DNA of 32,000 nt from Breznakia sp. PF5-3 (GCF_029504745.1 NZ_JAQFIQ010000002.1:30001-62000), one strand, 5' to 3'. Shown: positions 8,263 to 16,740, counted from the stretch's first letter. The notes: a model not told the origin generated them from the sequence alone. Numbers and translations: made by a program.

Positions 8263-9018
8263 ATGCTTGCTAGTGAAAGATTTATATTTATTTTAGATCA
8301 ACTTGATCGTGAAGGGGTGGTTACTTTAAAAACCGTTTGTGAACAATTGAATGCTTCTGAATCAACGATTCGTCGTGATTTTGAAGAATTGGAAAAACAA
8401 AATAAGTTAAAGCGAGTTCATGGAGGGGCTGTTAAGGTTAGCTTGGGAACAACCCTTACGGATAGTAAAGAAATGTCAATGCAACAAAAGAGTCAAATTA
8501 ATATTGAAGGAAAACAAAAGATTTGTCGCTATTGTGCACAAATGGTTCAAGATGGAGAGTGTATTTTTATTGATGGTGGAACGACATTAATGTATTTAAT
8601 AGATTATCTTGAGGGGAAACGTGTGAAAATCGTGACCAATAATCACTTTGTTGTTACCAAACAAGGAAGTACAATCGAGTTGATTAATATTGGTGGTCAT
8701 TATTTACCTAATTTGCATATGACGGTAGGATCTATAGCTTTGCAAACCTTGGAGATGTTTAATTTTGATTATGCTTTTATCGGTTGTGCTGGAATTGATA
8801 TCAGCGAGAATATCGCTTATACTGCCGAGATGGATAGTGCGCAAATTAAAAAAGCTGCAATGAACCAAGCACTGAAGTCTTATTTGTTAGTCGATTCCAC
8901 AAAGATGGATTTAAGAGGGTTTTATAAGTTTAGTGATATTAAACGATTTGATAGTGTGATTATGGATGATTATGATTCGAATCGCAAGAAACCAACATAT
9001 ATTACAGTTGTTGAATAA
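8263..9018 (+). CDS. DeoR-family transcriptional regulator
   Basis: The N-terminal HTH is LKTVCEQLNASESTIRRDFEELEKQNKLKRVHGGA. The C-terminal DeoR sugar-phosphate-sensor-type domain carries IFIDGGTT and FIGCAGID. I moved the start from track 8200 to ATG 8263, which has AAGAGG 6 nt upstream; the longer form would run through the promoter region. Confidence 0.88.
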   Translation: MLASERFIFILDQLDREGVVTLKTVCEQLNASESTIRRDFEELEKQNKLKRVHGGAVKVSLGTTLTDSKEMSMQQKSQINIEGKQKICRYCAQMVQDGECIFIDGGTTLMYLIDYLEGKRVKIVTNNHFVVTKQGSTIELINIGGHYLPNLHMTVGSIALQTLEMFNFDYAFIGCAGIDISENIAYTAEMDSAQIKKAAMNQALKSYLLVDSTKMDLRGFYKFSDIKRFDSVIMDDYDSNRKKPTYITVVE

Positions 9019-9021
9019 GAT

Positions 9022-9055
9022 AGTTTTTGAATGTTAATGAAAGTTTTTGAACGTT
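9022..9055 (+). promoter_or_regulatory. Tandem direct repeat AGTTTTTGAAYGTT x2 (candidate DeoR operator)
   Basis: AGTTTTTGAATGTT (9022-9035) and AGTTTTTGAACGTT (9042-9055) are 20 nt apart start to start. They abut the -35 of the aldolase promoter. Confidence 0.55.
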
Positions 9056-9059
9056 TTTA

Positions 9060-9088
9060 TTGACATTCTTTTTTTGTTTGCTTATACT
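9060..9088 (+). promoter_or_regulatory. Sigma-A-type promoter of the DeoC-like aldolase gene
   Basis: TTGACA (9060-9065), a 17-nt spacer, then TATACT (9083-9088). AGGAGG (9101-9106) lies 8 nt before GTG 9115. Confidence 0.7.
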
Positions 9089-9114
9089 GTAATTAGAAAG
9101 AGGAGGTACGATTT

Positions 9115-9855
9115 GTGAAACCTGCAAAAAAAGCAATTGAAATGAGTCAAAAGGAATTGGCTCGCTATATTGATCAATCAGTATTAAAACCTGAATTTAC
9201 TGTTGAAGAAGCGAAAAAATATATCCAAGAAGGAATTGATTATGGATGTGCAACAGTATGTGTAAATCCTGTAAATGTTGAAACGGCAGCGAAAATGTGT
9301 AAAGGAACGGATACAAAAGTTTGTCCAGTTTGTGACTTCCCATTTGGAACAAGTACTACAGAATCTAAAGTAGCACAAGCAGAACTTATTTTAAGTAAGT
9401 TTGCGGATGATATTTTAGAGTTGGATATTGTATCTAACTTTGGTTGGATTCGCAGTGGAATGTGGGATGAAGTAACAGCAGACATTAAAGCGGTAGCAGA
9501 TGTTTGTCATAAATATAATGTTGAAATGAAAGTTATCTTCGAAACAGATGCGTTGACAATGGATGAAGTTAAAAAAGCTTGTGAATGTGCTGTTGAAGCT
9601 GGGGCTGATTTTGTGAAAACAAGCACAGGGTTCTTGACTGGACATGATGCACAAGGAGCAAGTGTTGAAGTTATCAAAGTAATGTTTGATGCAGTTGATG
9701 GTAAAGCAAAAGTAAAAGGAAGTGGATGTATTCGTACAAGAGAGCATTTCCTTCAACTAATTGATATGGGGATTGACCGTATGGGTATTGGTTATCGTTC
9801 AACACCAGTTGTTTTAGGTGTCGATGGGAGTAAAGAGACAAAAGACGTTTATTAA
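9115..9855 (+). CDS. DeoC/DERA-family class I aldolase (deoxyribose-phosphate aldolase-like)
   Basis: 246 aa with a GTG start behind a strong SD. Motifs are YIDQSVLKP, ATVCVNP, CDFPFGTS, MKVIFET and the Schiff-base lysine context ADFVKTSTGF, all typical of the DeoC family. Confidence 0.85.
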   Translation: MKPAKKAIEMSQKELARYIDQSVLKPEFTVEEAKKYIQEGIDYGCATVCVNPVNVETAAKMCKGTDTKVCPVCDFPFGTSTTESKVAQAELILSKFADDILELDIVSNFGWIRSGMWDEVTADIKAVADVCHKYNVEMKVIFETDALTMDEVKKACECAVEAGADFVKTSTGFLTGHDAQGASVEVIKVMFDAVDGKAKVKGSGCIRTREHFLQLIDMGIDRMGIGYRSTPVVLGVDGSKETKDVY

Positions 9856-9877
9856 AAGTGCAGGTATGCACTTTTTT
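9854..9877 (+). terminator. Rho-independent terminator/attenuator between the aldolase and GRE genes
   Basis: AAAAGTGCA (9854-9862), loop GGTA, TGCACTTTT (9867-9875), with the T-run continuing to 9877. It starts within the stop codon. Confidence 0.65.
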
Positions 9878-9892
9878 AACAAGGCAAATAGA

Positions 9893-9921
9893 TTGCTAGT
9901 TTTAGAATAACTATATAGAAT
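9893..9921 (+). promoter_or_regulatory. Candidate sigma-A promoter of the glycyl-radical enzyme gene
   Basis: TTGCTA (9893-9898), a 17-nt spacer, then TAGAAT (9916-9921). The spacer contains AGTTTTAGAAT (9898-9908), a 10/11 match to the repeats at 9022 and 9042. Confidence 0.55.
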
Positions 9922-9950
9922 TAAGATGAGAGATAGTGGAGATTTGACTT

Positions 9951-12368
9951 ATGAAAAAAATGTTAGAGTACCAAGTTAAAAGTGATTGTATTGATGAAGC
10001 AAGAATTGCTCGGTTGCAACATAAAATGGAAAAGCGAAAAGCGTCTATTTGTAGTGAACGTGCTTTGTTGTATACAGAAAGTTTTCAAAAAAGTGAAACA
10101 GAACCTTATATTATTCGTAAGGCGAAAGCATTTGCACATACATTGGACCTTATGAGTATCTATATAGAAGAAGATAGTTTGATTTTTGGGAATCAAGCTT
10201 CTCGAAACTTTGCAGCACCAATTTTTCCAGAATATTCTATTGATTGGGTAATTGATGAATTGGATGCGTTTGCTTTACGTAAAGGTGATGTCTTTACCAT
10301 TGATGAGCAAACAAAAAAGGATTTACGGAGTATTCATGATTATTGGCATTCTCATACTCATGAAGACGAAGTGAAGAAGAATTTGCCTGAAGAAAATTTC
10401 TTGGCTGAAAAGCAAGGTGTATTACATCGTGGTGGTATCTCGATGAGTGGAGATGGGCATATTGTGCCTAAGCACGAAAAAGTCTTAGAAGTTGGCTTTT
10501 TGGGATTGATTGAAGAAGCTCAAACAAAGCTTGAAGTTTGTAAAGATAAAGAGAAAATAGCATTTTATAATGCTGTAATTATTACTTTGAACGCTTCTTT
10601 ACGTTGGATTAAACGTTATGGATTGTTAGCTGTGGATATGGCGAAAACATGTAATGATGAGAAACGTAAAGCGGAACTCTATAAGATTGCAGATATGTGT
10701 GAACATTTGTTGGAACGAAAAGCTAATGGTTTTTATGAAGCTGTAGAATCTGTATATTTGATACATGTCTTACAAATGATTGAAAGCAACGGGCATTCCT
10801 TTTGTTATGGTAGATTTGACCAATATATTTATCCATTTTATGAAGCTGACGTAGCAAGTGGTAAGTTAAATGATGATAAAGCATTGGAACTTATTACGCA
10901 TATGTTTTTAATGAATAGTTCATTAAATAAAGTTCGTCCATATGGACATACAAAGTTTTCACAAGGGTATCCATTATATTCGAATTTGATGATTGGTGGA
11001 TATCGTCGTGATGGAAAAGATGGAACTAATGCATTATCTTATTTGGCAATAGAAGCTATGAATTTAACTTCTTTAGCAGAACCAAATTTCTCTATGCGTT
11101 ACAATAATGACACACCAGATGACTTGCTTCGTTTAGCAGCGAAATTGATTCGTACGGGGTGTGGAATGCCAAGTATGTTTAATGATGAAGTGATTGTTAA
11201 AGCCAAAGAAGGACTTGGTATACCACATGAAGATGCTTTAGATTATGTAGCAATAGGTTGTGTAGAGACTGGAATTCCTGGTAAATACGGACATCGAGCA
11301 ACGGGTATGACCTATGTAAACTGGGGAAAAGTATTAGAAATTTTATTAAACAATGGCTATGATCCTGATTCAAAGTTGCGTTTAATTACCTTAGGTAATG
11401 AGAAAGAGACAATGGAGTCTTGCTTTGAAACCTATGATGATGTATGGACAGGTTGGAAGAAATTATTAAAATATTACACCGATTTAGCAGTTGCGTGTGA
11501 TCATGTTTGTGATCAATCATTAGCAAAATATGACGCTGATCCGTTTGCCTCTAGCCTAATTGATGATTGCTTAGAAAAAGGAAAAATTCTTAAATTAGGT
11601 GGTGCGAAATATGATATTGTATCACAATCTAATATAGGACCTAGTGTGGTTGGAAATTCTTTAGCAGTTCTTAAAAAGCTGGTCTTTGAAGAAAAGAAAA
11701 TAACATTACAAGCATTGAAAGATGCAATGAAAGATAATTGGGAATCGTTAGAATCAAAACGTATTCACCAAATGGTTACTCAAGTAGCAAAATTTGGTAA
11801 TGATGAGGATTATGTAGATGATATTGTTATTGATGTTTTCAATTCATATTTAGAACTTTTACCTGATTATAAGACGAATTGTTCAGATATGGGACCAGAT
11901 ATTAGTGGATACACTATGTCAACGTCCAATATCACATCTTATGTACCAAATGGTTTAGATGTCGGTGCCACACCAGATGGCAGATTTGCTAGAAGTCCAT
12001 TGAATGAAGGATGTTCACCAACGGAGGGAACAGATATAAAAGGACCTACGGCGGTTATTAATTCAGTGGCTAAATTGCCAAATGAAAGAATTGCAGCAGG
12101 TCAGCTATTGAATATGCGTTTTACACCAGAATCTTTAGAAGGCGCTAATTTAGAAAAGTTTATTGCCTTTTTAAAGGTGAGTAGGAAAAAAGAAATATAT
12201 CATAATCAATTTAATATCATCGATTCAACAACGTTACGCAAAGCGCAACAAAATCCTGAGAAGTATACAGATTTGATTGTACGTGTAGCAGGGTATTGCG
12301 CACAGTTTGTTTCATTGATGAGTGAAACACAAGATGCAATTATTAATCGCAGTGAAAATAGTATTTAG
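9951..12368 (+). CDS. Glycyl-radical enzyme, PFL2/dehydratase (eliminase)-type
   Basis: 805 aa. The C-terminal glycyl-radical fingerprint is LIVRVAGYCAQF (Gly781, nt 12291-12293). The thiyl-loop is IGCVETG with Cys437 and Glu439 (nt 11259-11267). The N-terminus (ICSERALLYTESFQKSETEPYIIRKAKAFAHTL...IFGNQAS) is typical of the PFL2/glycerol-dehydratase-like clade. Confidence 0.92.
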   Translation: MKKMLEYQVKSDCIDEARIARLQHKMEKRKASICSERALLYTESFQKSETEPYIIRKAKAFAHTLDLMSIYIEEDSLIFGNQASRNFAAPIFPEYSIDWVIDELDAFALRKGDVFTIDEQTKKDLRSIHDYWHSHTHEDEVKKNLPEENFLAEKQGVLHRGGISMSGDGHIVPKHEKVLEVGFLGLIEEAQTKLEVCKDKEKIAFYNAVIITLNASLRWIKRYGLLAVDMAKTCNDEKRKAELYKIADMCEHLLERKANGFYEAVESVYLIHVLQMIESNGHSFCYGRFDQYIYPFYEADVASGKLNDDKALELITHMFLMNSSLNKVRPYGHTKFSQGYPLYSNLMIGGYRRDGKDGTNALSYLAIEAMNLTSLAEPNFSMRYNNDTPDDLLRLAAKLIRTGCGMPSMFNDEVIVKAKEGLGIPHEDALDYVAIGCVETGIPGKYGHRATGMTYVNWGKVLEILLNNGYDPDSKLRLITLGNEKETMESCFETYDDVWTGWKKLLKYYTDLAVACDHVCDQSLAKYDADPFASSLIDDCLEKGKILKLGGAKYDIVSQSNIGPSVVGNSLAVLKKLVFEEKKITLQALKDAMKDNWESLESKRIHQMVTQVAKFGNDEDYVDDIVIDVFNSYLELLPDYKTNCSDMGPDISGYTMSTSNITSYVPNGLDVGATPDGRFARSPLNEGCSPTEGTDIKGPTAVINSVAKLPNERIAAGQLLNMRFTPESLEGANLEKFIAFLKVSRKKEIYHNQFNIIDSTTLRKAQQNPEKYTDLIVRVAGYCAQFVSLMSETQDAIINRSENSI

Positions 12369-12392
12369 TGGGAAATAATATAAAAGATTTGA

Positions 12393-12438
12393 AAAAAGTT
12401 GGGAAAAGAAAAGGATAAACTTAAAAAACCAACTTTTT
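12393..12438 (+). terminator. Candidate terminator after the GRE gene (long-loop hairpin)
   Basis: AAAAAGTTGG (12393-12402) pairs with CCAACTTTTT (12429-12438). The loop is 26 nt and A-rich, and the downstream sequence is T-rich (GTGCTTTTGTTT). The large loop makes this atypical. Confidence 0.4.
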
Positions 12439-12519
12439 GTGCTTTTGTTTGGGAAAAATGGTAGAATAAAGTTGAAAAAAGCCAATAAAATCTTATGATA
12501 AGGGAGAAAGGAATGTTGT

Positions 12520-13284
12520 ATGTCACAAAAAACAAGAAAACGTCGTGATGAAATAACTAAAATTGTGATTAGTGAAGGTCAGGTAAAAGTAAAGGAGTTA
12601 GCGAAACAGTTAAATGTTTCAACGGAGACGATTCGTAAAGACTTACATTATCTAGATATGATGGGGGTAATTAGTAAGTCTCATGGAGGAGCTTCAGTCA
12701 TTAATGAATATTTTCAATTACCAATTGATGTGAAATTACAAGAAAATTTGGATGCAAAGAAAAAGATTGCTCGAGCGGCTTTGGATTTGATTGAAGATAA
12801 TTCATTGATTTATTTGGATCCAGGAAGCACATGTATCCAAATTGCTAAGCTTTTACGTGTAAAACGAAATTTAACGGTTCTTACAAACTCTATAACGATT
12901 GCCAATATTGTGGCAGATAGTTCTCATAATGTGATTGTTTGTGGTGGGATGCTTCAAAAACGTGGAAAAGCATTAGTAGGTATCTATGCAATTGATGTTA
13001 TTAAAACGATTCACATTGATACAGCAATTATGGGTAGTGATGGATTTAAGGATATGAATGGGTTTACAACATTTTCTTTGGAAGAAGCAGAAATACGCAA
13101 GACGATTGTTAGTTCTAGTGATGTGAATATCGTAGTGTGTGATGCTTCAAAATTTAATAAAACTTCAACGTATATTTTTGGTAAATTTTCAGATTATGAT
13201 TATTTAGTTACAGATGAAGATGATGCCAAAAAATTAAAACAAGTAAGTGGTATTAAAAAAATTATTAGTGTAAGGAGCGAATAA
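12520..13284 (+). CDS. DeoR-family transcriptional regulator (second copy)
   Basis: The HTH is VKELAKQLNVSTETIRKDLHYLDMMGVISKSHGGA. The C-terminal DeoR effector domain carries IYLDPGSTC and AIMGSDGF. SD AAAGGA lies 8 nt upstream. Confidence 0.88.
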   Translation: MSQKTRKRRDEITKIVISEGQVKVKELAKQLNVSTETIRKDLHYLDMMGVISKSHGGASVINEYFQLPIDVKLQENLDAKKKIARAALDLIEDNSLIYLDPGSTCIQIAKLLRVKRNLTVLTNSITIANIVADSSHNVIVCGGMLQKRGKALVGIYAIDVIKTIHIDTAIMGSDGFKDMNGFTTFSLEEAEIRKTIVSSSDVNIVVCDASKFNKTSTYIFGKFSDYDYLVTDEDDAKKLKQVSGIKKIISVRSE

Positions 13285-13285
13285 G

Positions 13286-13912
13286 ATGAAATTACAAATT
13301 GCATTGGATACACTAACAATTGAAGAATGTATTATGTTGTTAGATGAAGTAAAAGACTATGTAGATATTATTGAGGTAGGAACTCCCTTTTTATTAGAAG
13401 AAGGAAATAAACCAGTTAAAATATTCAAGGAACGTTATCCACAATTGGAAGTATTAGCAGATACGAAGATTATGGATGCTGGTGAATATGAAGCAGAGGG
13501 AGCTTTTAAAGCAGGAGCGGATATTGTTACCGTACTTGGAGTAACAAATGATGCGACAATTGAAGGGGCTTTAAAGGCTGCGAAAAAGTATAATGGAAAA
13601 GTTATGATGGATATGATATGTGTGGCAGATATGGCAAAAAGAACCCAACAAATGGATGCTATGGGAGTTGATTATATTTGTTGTCATACAGCATTTGATA
13701 TACAAGAAACAGGAAAGAACCCACTTGATGAATTGGTGGTTATTAATCAGAATATTACCAATGCGAAATCAGCAGTAGCTGGTGGCGTAAAATTGGAAAC
13801 AATTGATGAAATCGTTGCTGAGGGAGCTGGCGTTATTGTTGTTGGTGGTGCAATTTCAAATGCTAAAGATCGAATTGCAATGGCGAAAGCAATCAAAGAA
13901 CATATGAAATAA
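13286..13912 (+). CDS. hxlA: 3-hexulose-6-phosphate synthase family (OMPDC superfamily; HPS/KGPDC-type)
   Basis: MKLQIALD...DIIEVGTPF...LADTKIMDAGEYEA...GADIVTVLG is the HPS/3-keto-L-gulonate-6-P decarboxylase fold signature. I prefer the HPS call because a PHI gene follows immediately. By eye I cannot exclude KGPDC-like specificity. Confidence 0.75.
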   Translation: MKLQIALDTLTIEECIMLLDEVKDYVDIIEVGTPFLLEEGNKPVKIFKERYPQLEVLADTKIMDAGEYEAEGAFKAGADIVTVLGVTNDATIEGALKAAKKYNGKVMMDMICVADMAKRTQQMDAMGVDYICCHTAFDIQETGKNPLDELVVINQNITNAKSAVAGGVKLETIDEIVAEGAGVIVVGGAISNAKDRIAMAKAIKEHMK

Positions 13913-13923
13913 GGAGATGCTAT

Positions 13924-14484
13924 ATGAATAATCAAGAGTATGGAAAGCTGGTAGTAGACGAATTATCGCAAACACTTGGTAGCATTTCTGTTGCTGCAGC
14001 AGAAAAGTTTGTTTCACTTATAAATGAAGCTGGTGAAGTGTTTTGTGCAGGTGCAGGGAGAAGTGGCTTTCAAGTAAAAGGATTTGCAATGCGTTTAATG
14101 CACATGGGATTTAAAAGTTATGTTGTTGGAGAAACGGTAACCCCAAATATCAAAGCAGATGGATTGCTTGTGATTTGTAGTGGTTCTGGGGAAACAAAAT
14201 CATTGGTAAATCATGCTCAAAAGGCAAAAGAGATGGGAGCAAAAATTGCTTTGATTACCACAAATGTAGATTCTTCTATTGGTAATATTGCTGATGTGGT
14301 AATTGAAATCAATACAGCATCGCCAAAGGTGGCGAAAGAAGATCAAATTATTTCACGTCAACCTATGGCATCATTATTTGAACAATCAGAAGGTATCTTT
14401 TTGGATGTTGCAATTATGATGTTAATGGACCTTCGTGGGATGGATGCCGTTACGATGTATGGCAGACATGCCAATATGGAATAG
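13924..14484 (+). CDS. hxlB: 6-phospho-3-hexuloisomerase (SIS domain)
   Basis: 186 aa. SIS motifs are VFCAGAGRSGF and LLVICSGSGETKS. The PHI-type C-terminus is QPMASLFEQS...RHANME. Confidence 0.82.
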   Translation: MNNQEYGKLVVDELSQTLGSISVAAAEKFVSLINEAGEVFCAGAGRSGFQVKGFAMRLMHMGFKSYVVGETVTPNIKADGLLVICSGSGETKSLVNHAQKAKEMGAKIALITTNVDSSIGNIADVVIEINTASPKVAKEDQIISRQPMASLFEQSEGIFLDVAIMMLMDLRGMDAVTMYGRHANME

Positions 14485-14488
14485 TGTT

Positions 14489-15433
14489 ATGGAAAAGAAA
14501 ATATTGAAAATATTTCCTTTCTTTGAACCTCGAATGTGGGGTGGGAAAAGGATGTTAGAGAATTTCAATTATCAGAGTGATATTTATCCAGTTGGAGAAG
14601 TATACAATGTTGTAGCATTAAAAAATCATGCTGATTGTTTAGTAAAAGATACGTGTATGACGCTTTCAGATTTATATATTACATATCCAGAATGGTTTAA
14701 ATGTGATACAAATGAGTTACCTATTCGAGTTAATATTTTAGATCCAGAAGCAGATTTATCAATTCAGCTTCATCCAGATGATGCCTTTGCACGCTCTTAT
14801 AATGGAGGCCGTGGAAAACCAGAGGCTTGGGTTATTTTGGATGCTCCAGAAGATGGATATATTGCGTTTGGACATACAGCAAAGACACGAGATGAGTTTG
14901 AACAAAAAGTTGGAAATAAAGAATTTGATTCGTTGATTAAGTATATTGATGTAGTTGTAGATGATTATATTGATATTCCTTGTGGTACGATTCATGCAAT
15001 TGGAAAAGATGTATTGACGTATAATATCTCTCGTAATGCAGATTGTACACTACGGGTTTATGATTATGATCGTCTTGACCCAGCAACGGGTAAGACAAGA
15101 GATCTACAAGTAGAAGAAGTTATTAAAAATGTAAACATTCCTGATAAGTCAAAAGGGTTTGTTCATTATCCTGAAATAGAACAAGATGGTTGTCTTGTAA
15201 CATCGTATTGGGATGAACCAGGATTGTATACATTGAAACGTATTCGTGTCAAAGAACATGGATATCATCAACATCAAAGGTTTGCTTTTTATACGATTGT
15301 AGAAGGTGAAGCAAAAATTAATGATGTAGTAGTAAGAAAAGGAGAAACTATATTTGTGCCAGATCAATTTGGGCTTCTTGAAATTACAGGTGATGTAGAT
15401 ATGTTTATGGCAAGTTACGAAAATAGCAAGTAG
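14489..15433 (+). CDS. manA: Class I mannose-6-phosphate isomerase (paralogue 1)
   Basis: The Firmicute ~315-aa PMI pattern is present: FEPRMWGG, LSIQLHP, KPEAWVILDA, GTIHAIG, RVYDYDR. I moved the start from track 8 codons... from track 14435 to ATG 14489 (MEKKILKIFP...), which begins 5 nt after the PHI stop; the longer form overlaps the PHI gene. Confidence 0.85.
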   Translation: MEKKILKIFPFFEPRMWGGKRMLENFNYQSDIYPVGEVYNVVALKNHADCLVKDTCMTLSDLYITYPEWFKCDTNELPIRVNILDPEADLSIQLHPDDAFARSYNGGRGKPEAWVILDAPEDGYIAFGHTAKTRDEFEQKVGNKEFDSLIKYIDVVVDDYIDIPCGTIHAIGKDVLTYNISRNADCTLRVYDYDRLDPATGKTRDLQVEEVIKNVNIPDKSKGFVHYPEIEQDGCLVTSYWDEPGLYTLKRIRVKEHGYHQHQRFAFYTIVEGEAKINDVVVRKGETIFVPDQFGLLEITGDVDMFMASYENSK

Positions 15434-15484
15434 AGGGAATTATGAATCAAAATGAAAGAAGGCAGTATAAGTAATATGAGAAAC

Positions 15485-15507
15485 ACCATATCAATAGATA
15501 TGGTTTT
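15485..15507 (+). terminator. Candidate terminator/attenuator hairpin between PMI-1 and the MFS gene
   Basis: ACCATATC (15485-15492), loop AATA, GATATGGT (15497-15504), then TTTC. The T-run is short and I see no obvious promoter before the MFS gene, so read-through is likely. Confidence 0.4.
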
Positions 15508-15531
15508 CGTGTGTAAGGGAGGCCAAGCTTT

Positions 15532-16680
15532 ATGAAAATCACGAAAAATATGGGAATGATGTTTGTATTGTATTTTATTTCTTTTATCTCGTTTGCAATA
15601 CCATATGCGTATATGCAAACCTTCTTATCCTATGTTGGATATGATGTACTCGAAAGAGGAATTATTTTATCTGGGACAGCAATCGTTGCAATTGTAGCAC
15701 AGTTTTTTATTGGTTACCTTTGTGATAAGTATCAAAGTGATAAAAAGTTTTATAATATTCTGTTGATTATTTTTGTTGTTGTGACCTATGTAATGTACAG
15801 TGTTACAGATAAGATTTTCTTTTTGCATTTAATATTTATTTCCTTAGTTGGAGGGATTGCTAGAACTGTAATGGCAGTACAGGATACGTGGTGTTTAGAA
15901 ACCGATAATCATTGTATGCGAAACTATGGAGCAATTCGTGCTTTTGGAGCCATTGGATGGATGATTGGAAGTCCTCTTGGCGCAATGGCGATTGAGAAGT
16001 GGGGATATGGTTCTTTAGGAATTATTTTTGCAGTTATGACGGTTTTTAATATTGGTCTTACATTCTTTATGCAAGATGCTAAGAAACATGAAAAAAGTGT
16101 AGGTATTACAGCGAGTGATATAAAAACGTTATTAACGGATAAGAAATATGTACTCATTGTTTTGATTTTTTTGGTAATCAATATTATCGCAACAGCAGAT
16201 ATGTATACTGTAGTTGATAAAATGCTTGCCCTTGGTGCTGGTGAGGGAATGATTGGAGCTAGGTGGTCCATTCAGGCATTTACAGAATTACCATTGTTTT
16301 TTGCTGGTGGATATCTACTGAAAAAATTTGGTGACTATCGAATTATGATGTTTGGTACCTTTATGTATATTGTTCGCTTTATTGGGTATGCAATTGTTCA
16401 AACACCAGAACTTATGATAGCCGTAGCACTGCTTCAATGTGTTACATATCCACTCATTATGATTACCTCAAAAACGCTTGTTGATGATGCAAGTCCAGCG
16501 CATATGCGTGCTACTGGTCAAACCATTGCAAGTGCTATATATATTGGTGTTTCTGCACTTATTACACCAATCTTAGCGGGGTTACTGACAACTCTATTTA
16601 GTGTGGATACAACGCTTATGATTATTGGGCTGTCAGGTTTTATTTCAATTGCTTTAGGTATCGTTTATAAAAGGATATAA
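15532..16680 (+). CDS. MFS-type transporter
   Basis: 382 aa and almost entirely hydrophobic helices (roughly 11-12 segments by eye), with short basic loops. SD AAGGGAGG lies ~9 nt upstream. Confidence 0.75.
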   Translation: MKITKNMGMMFVLYFISFISFAIPYAYMQTFLSYVGYDVLERGIILSGTAIVAIVAQFFIGYLCDKYQSDKKFYNILLIIFVVVTYVMYSVTDKIFFLHLIFISLVGGIARTVMAVQDTWCLETDNHCMRNYGAIRAFGAIGWMIGSPLGAMAIEKWGYGSLGIIFAVMTVFNIGLTFFMQDAKKHEKSVGITASDIKTLLTDKKYVLIVLIFLVINIIATADMYTVVDKMLALGAGEGMIGARWSIQAFTELPLFFAGGYLLKKFGDYRIMMFGTFMYIVRFIGYAIVQTPELMIAVALLQCVTYPLIMITSKTLVDDASPAHMRATGQTIASAIYIGVSALITPILAGLLTTLFSVDTTLMIIGLSGFISIALGIVYKRI

Positions 16681-16740
16681 TTTTATAATATTTGCGGTAT
16701 AATATAAGTAAATTGTTTGAATAAAGAAAAGAGGTATTGT

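Noticed and set aside
9043-9056. Possible second cre site in TTGAACGTTTTTAT at the aldolase promoter
   Set aside because: It fails the cre consensus at several defined positions (no TGWAA...TWCA symmetry). It is better explained as part of the AGTTTTTGAAYGTT direct repeat.
13286-13912. Calling the HPS-family gene a 3-keto-L-gulonate-6-P decarboxylase (UlaD/SgbH)
   Set aside because: No UlaE/UlaF-type epimerase or ascorbate PTS genes accompany it, and a PHI gene follows directly, which favours HPS. The alternative cannot be excluded without a profile or phylogenetic test.
15442-15474. 10-codon mini-ORF (MNQNERRQYK) in the PMI-1/MFS gap as a possible leader peptide
   Set aside because: It has no SD and no obvious coupling to the downstream hairpin. 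Short ORFs like this are expected by chance.
15415-15618. Minus-strand ORF 15415..15618, and ORFs 16683..16880 (-), 18863..19099 (-) and 19521..19730 (-) spanning gene junctions
   Set aside because: They span intergenic and coding junctions of plus-strand operons, have no SD and give implausible composition. The plus-strand genes explain the sequence.
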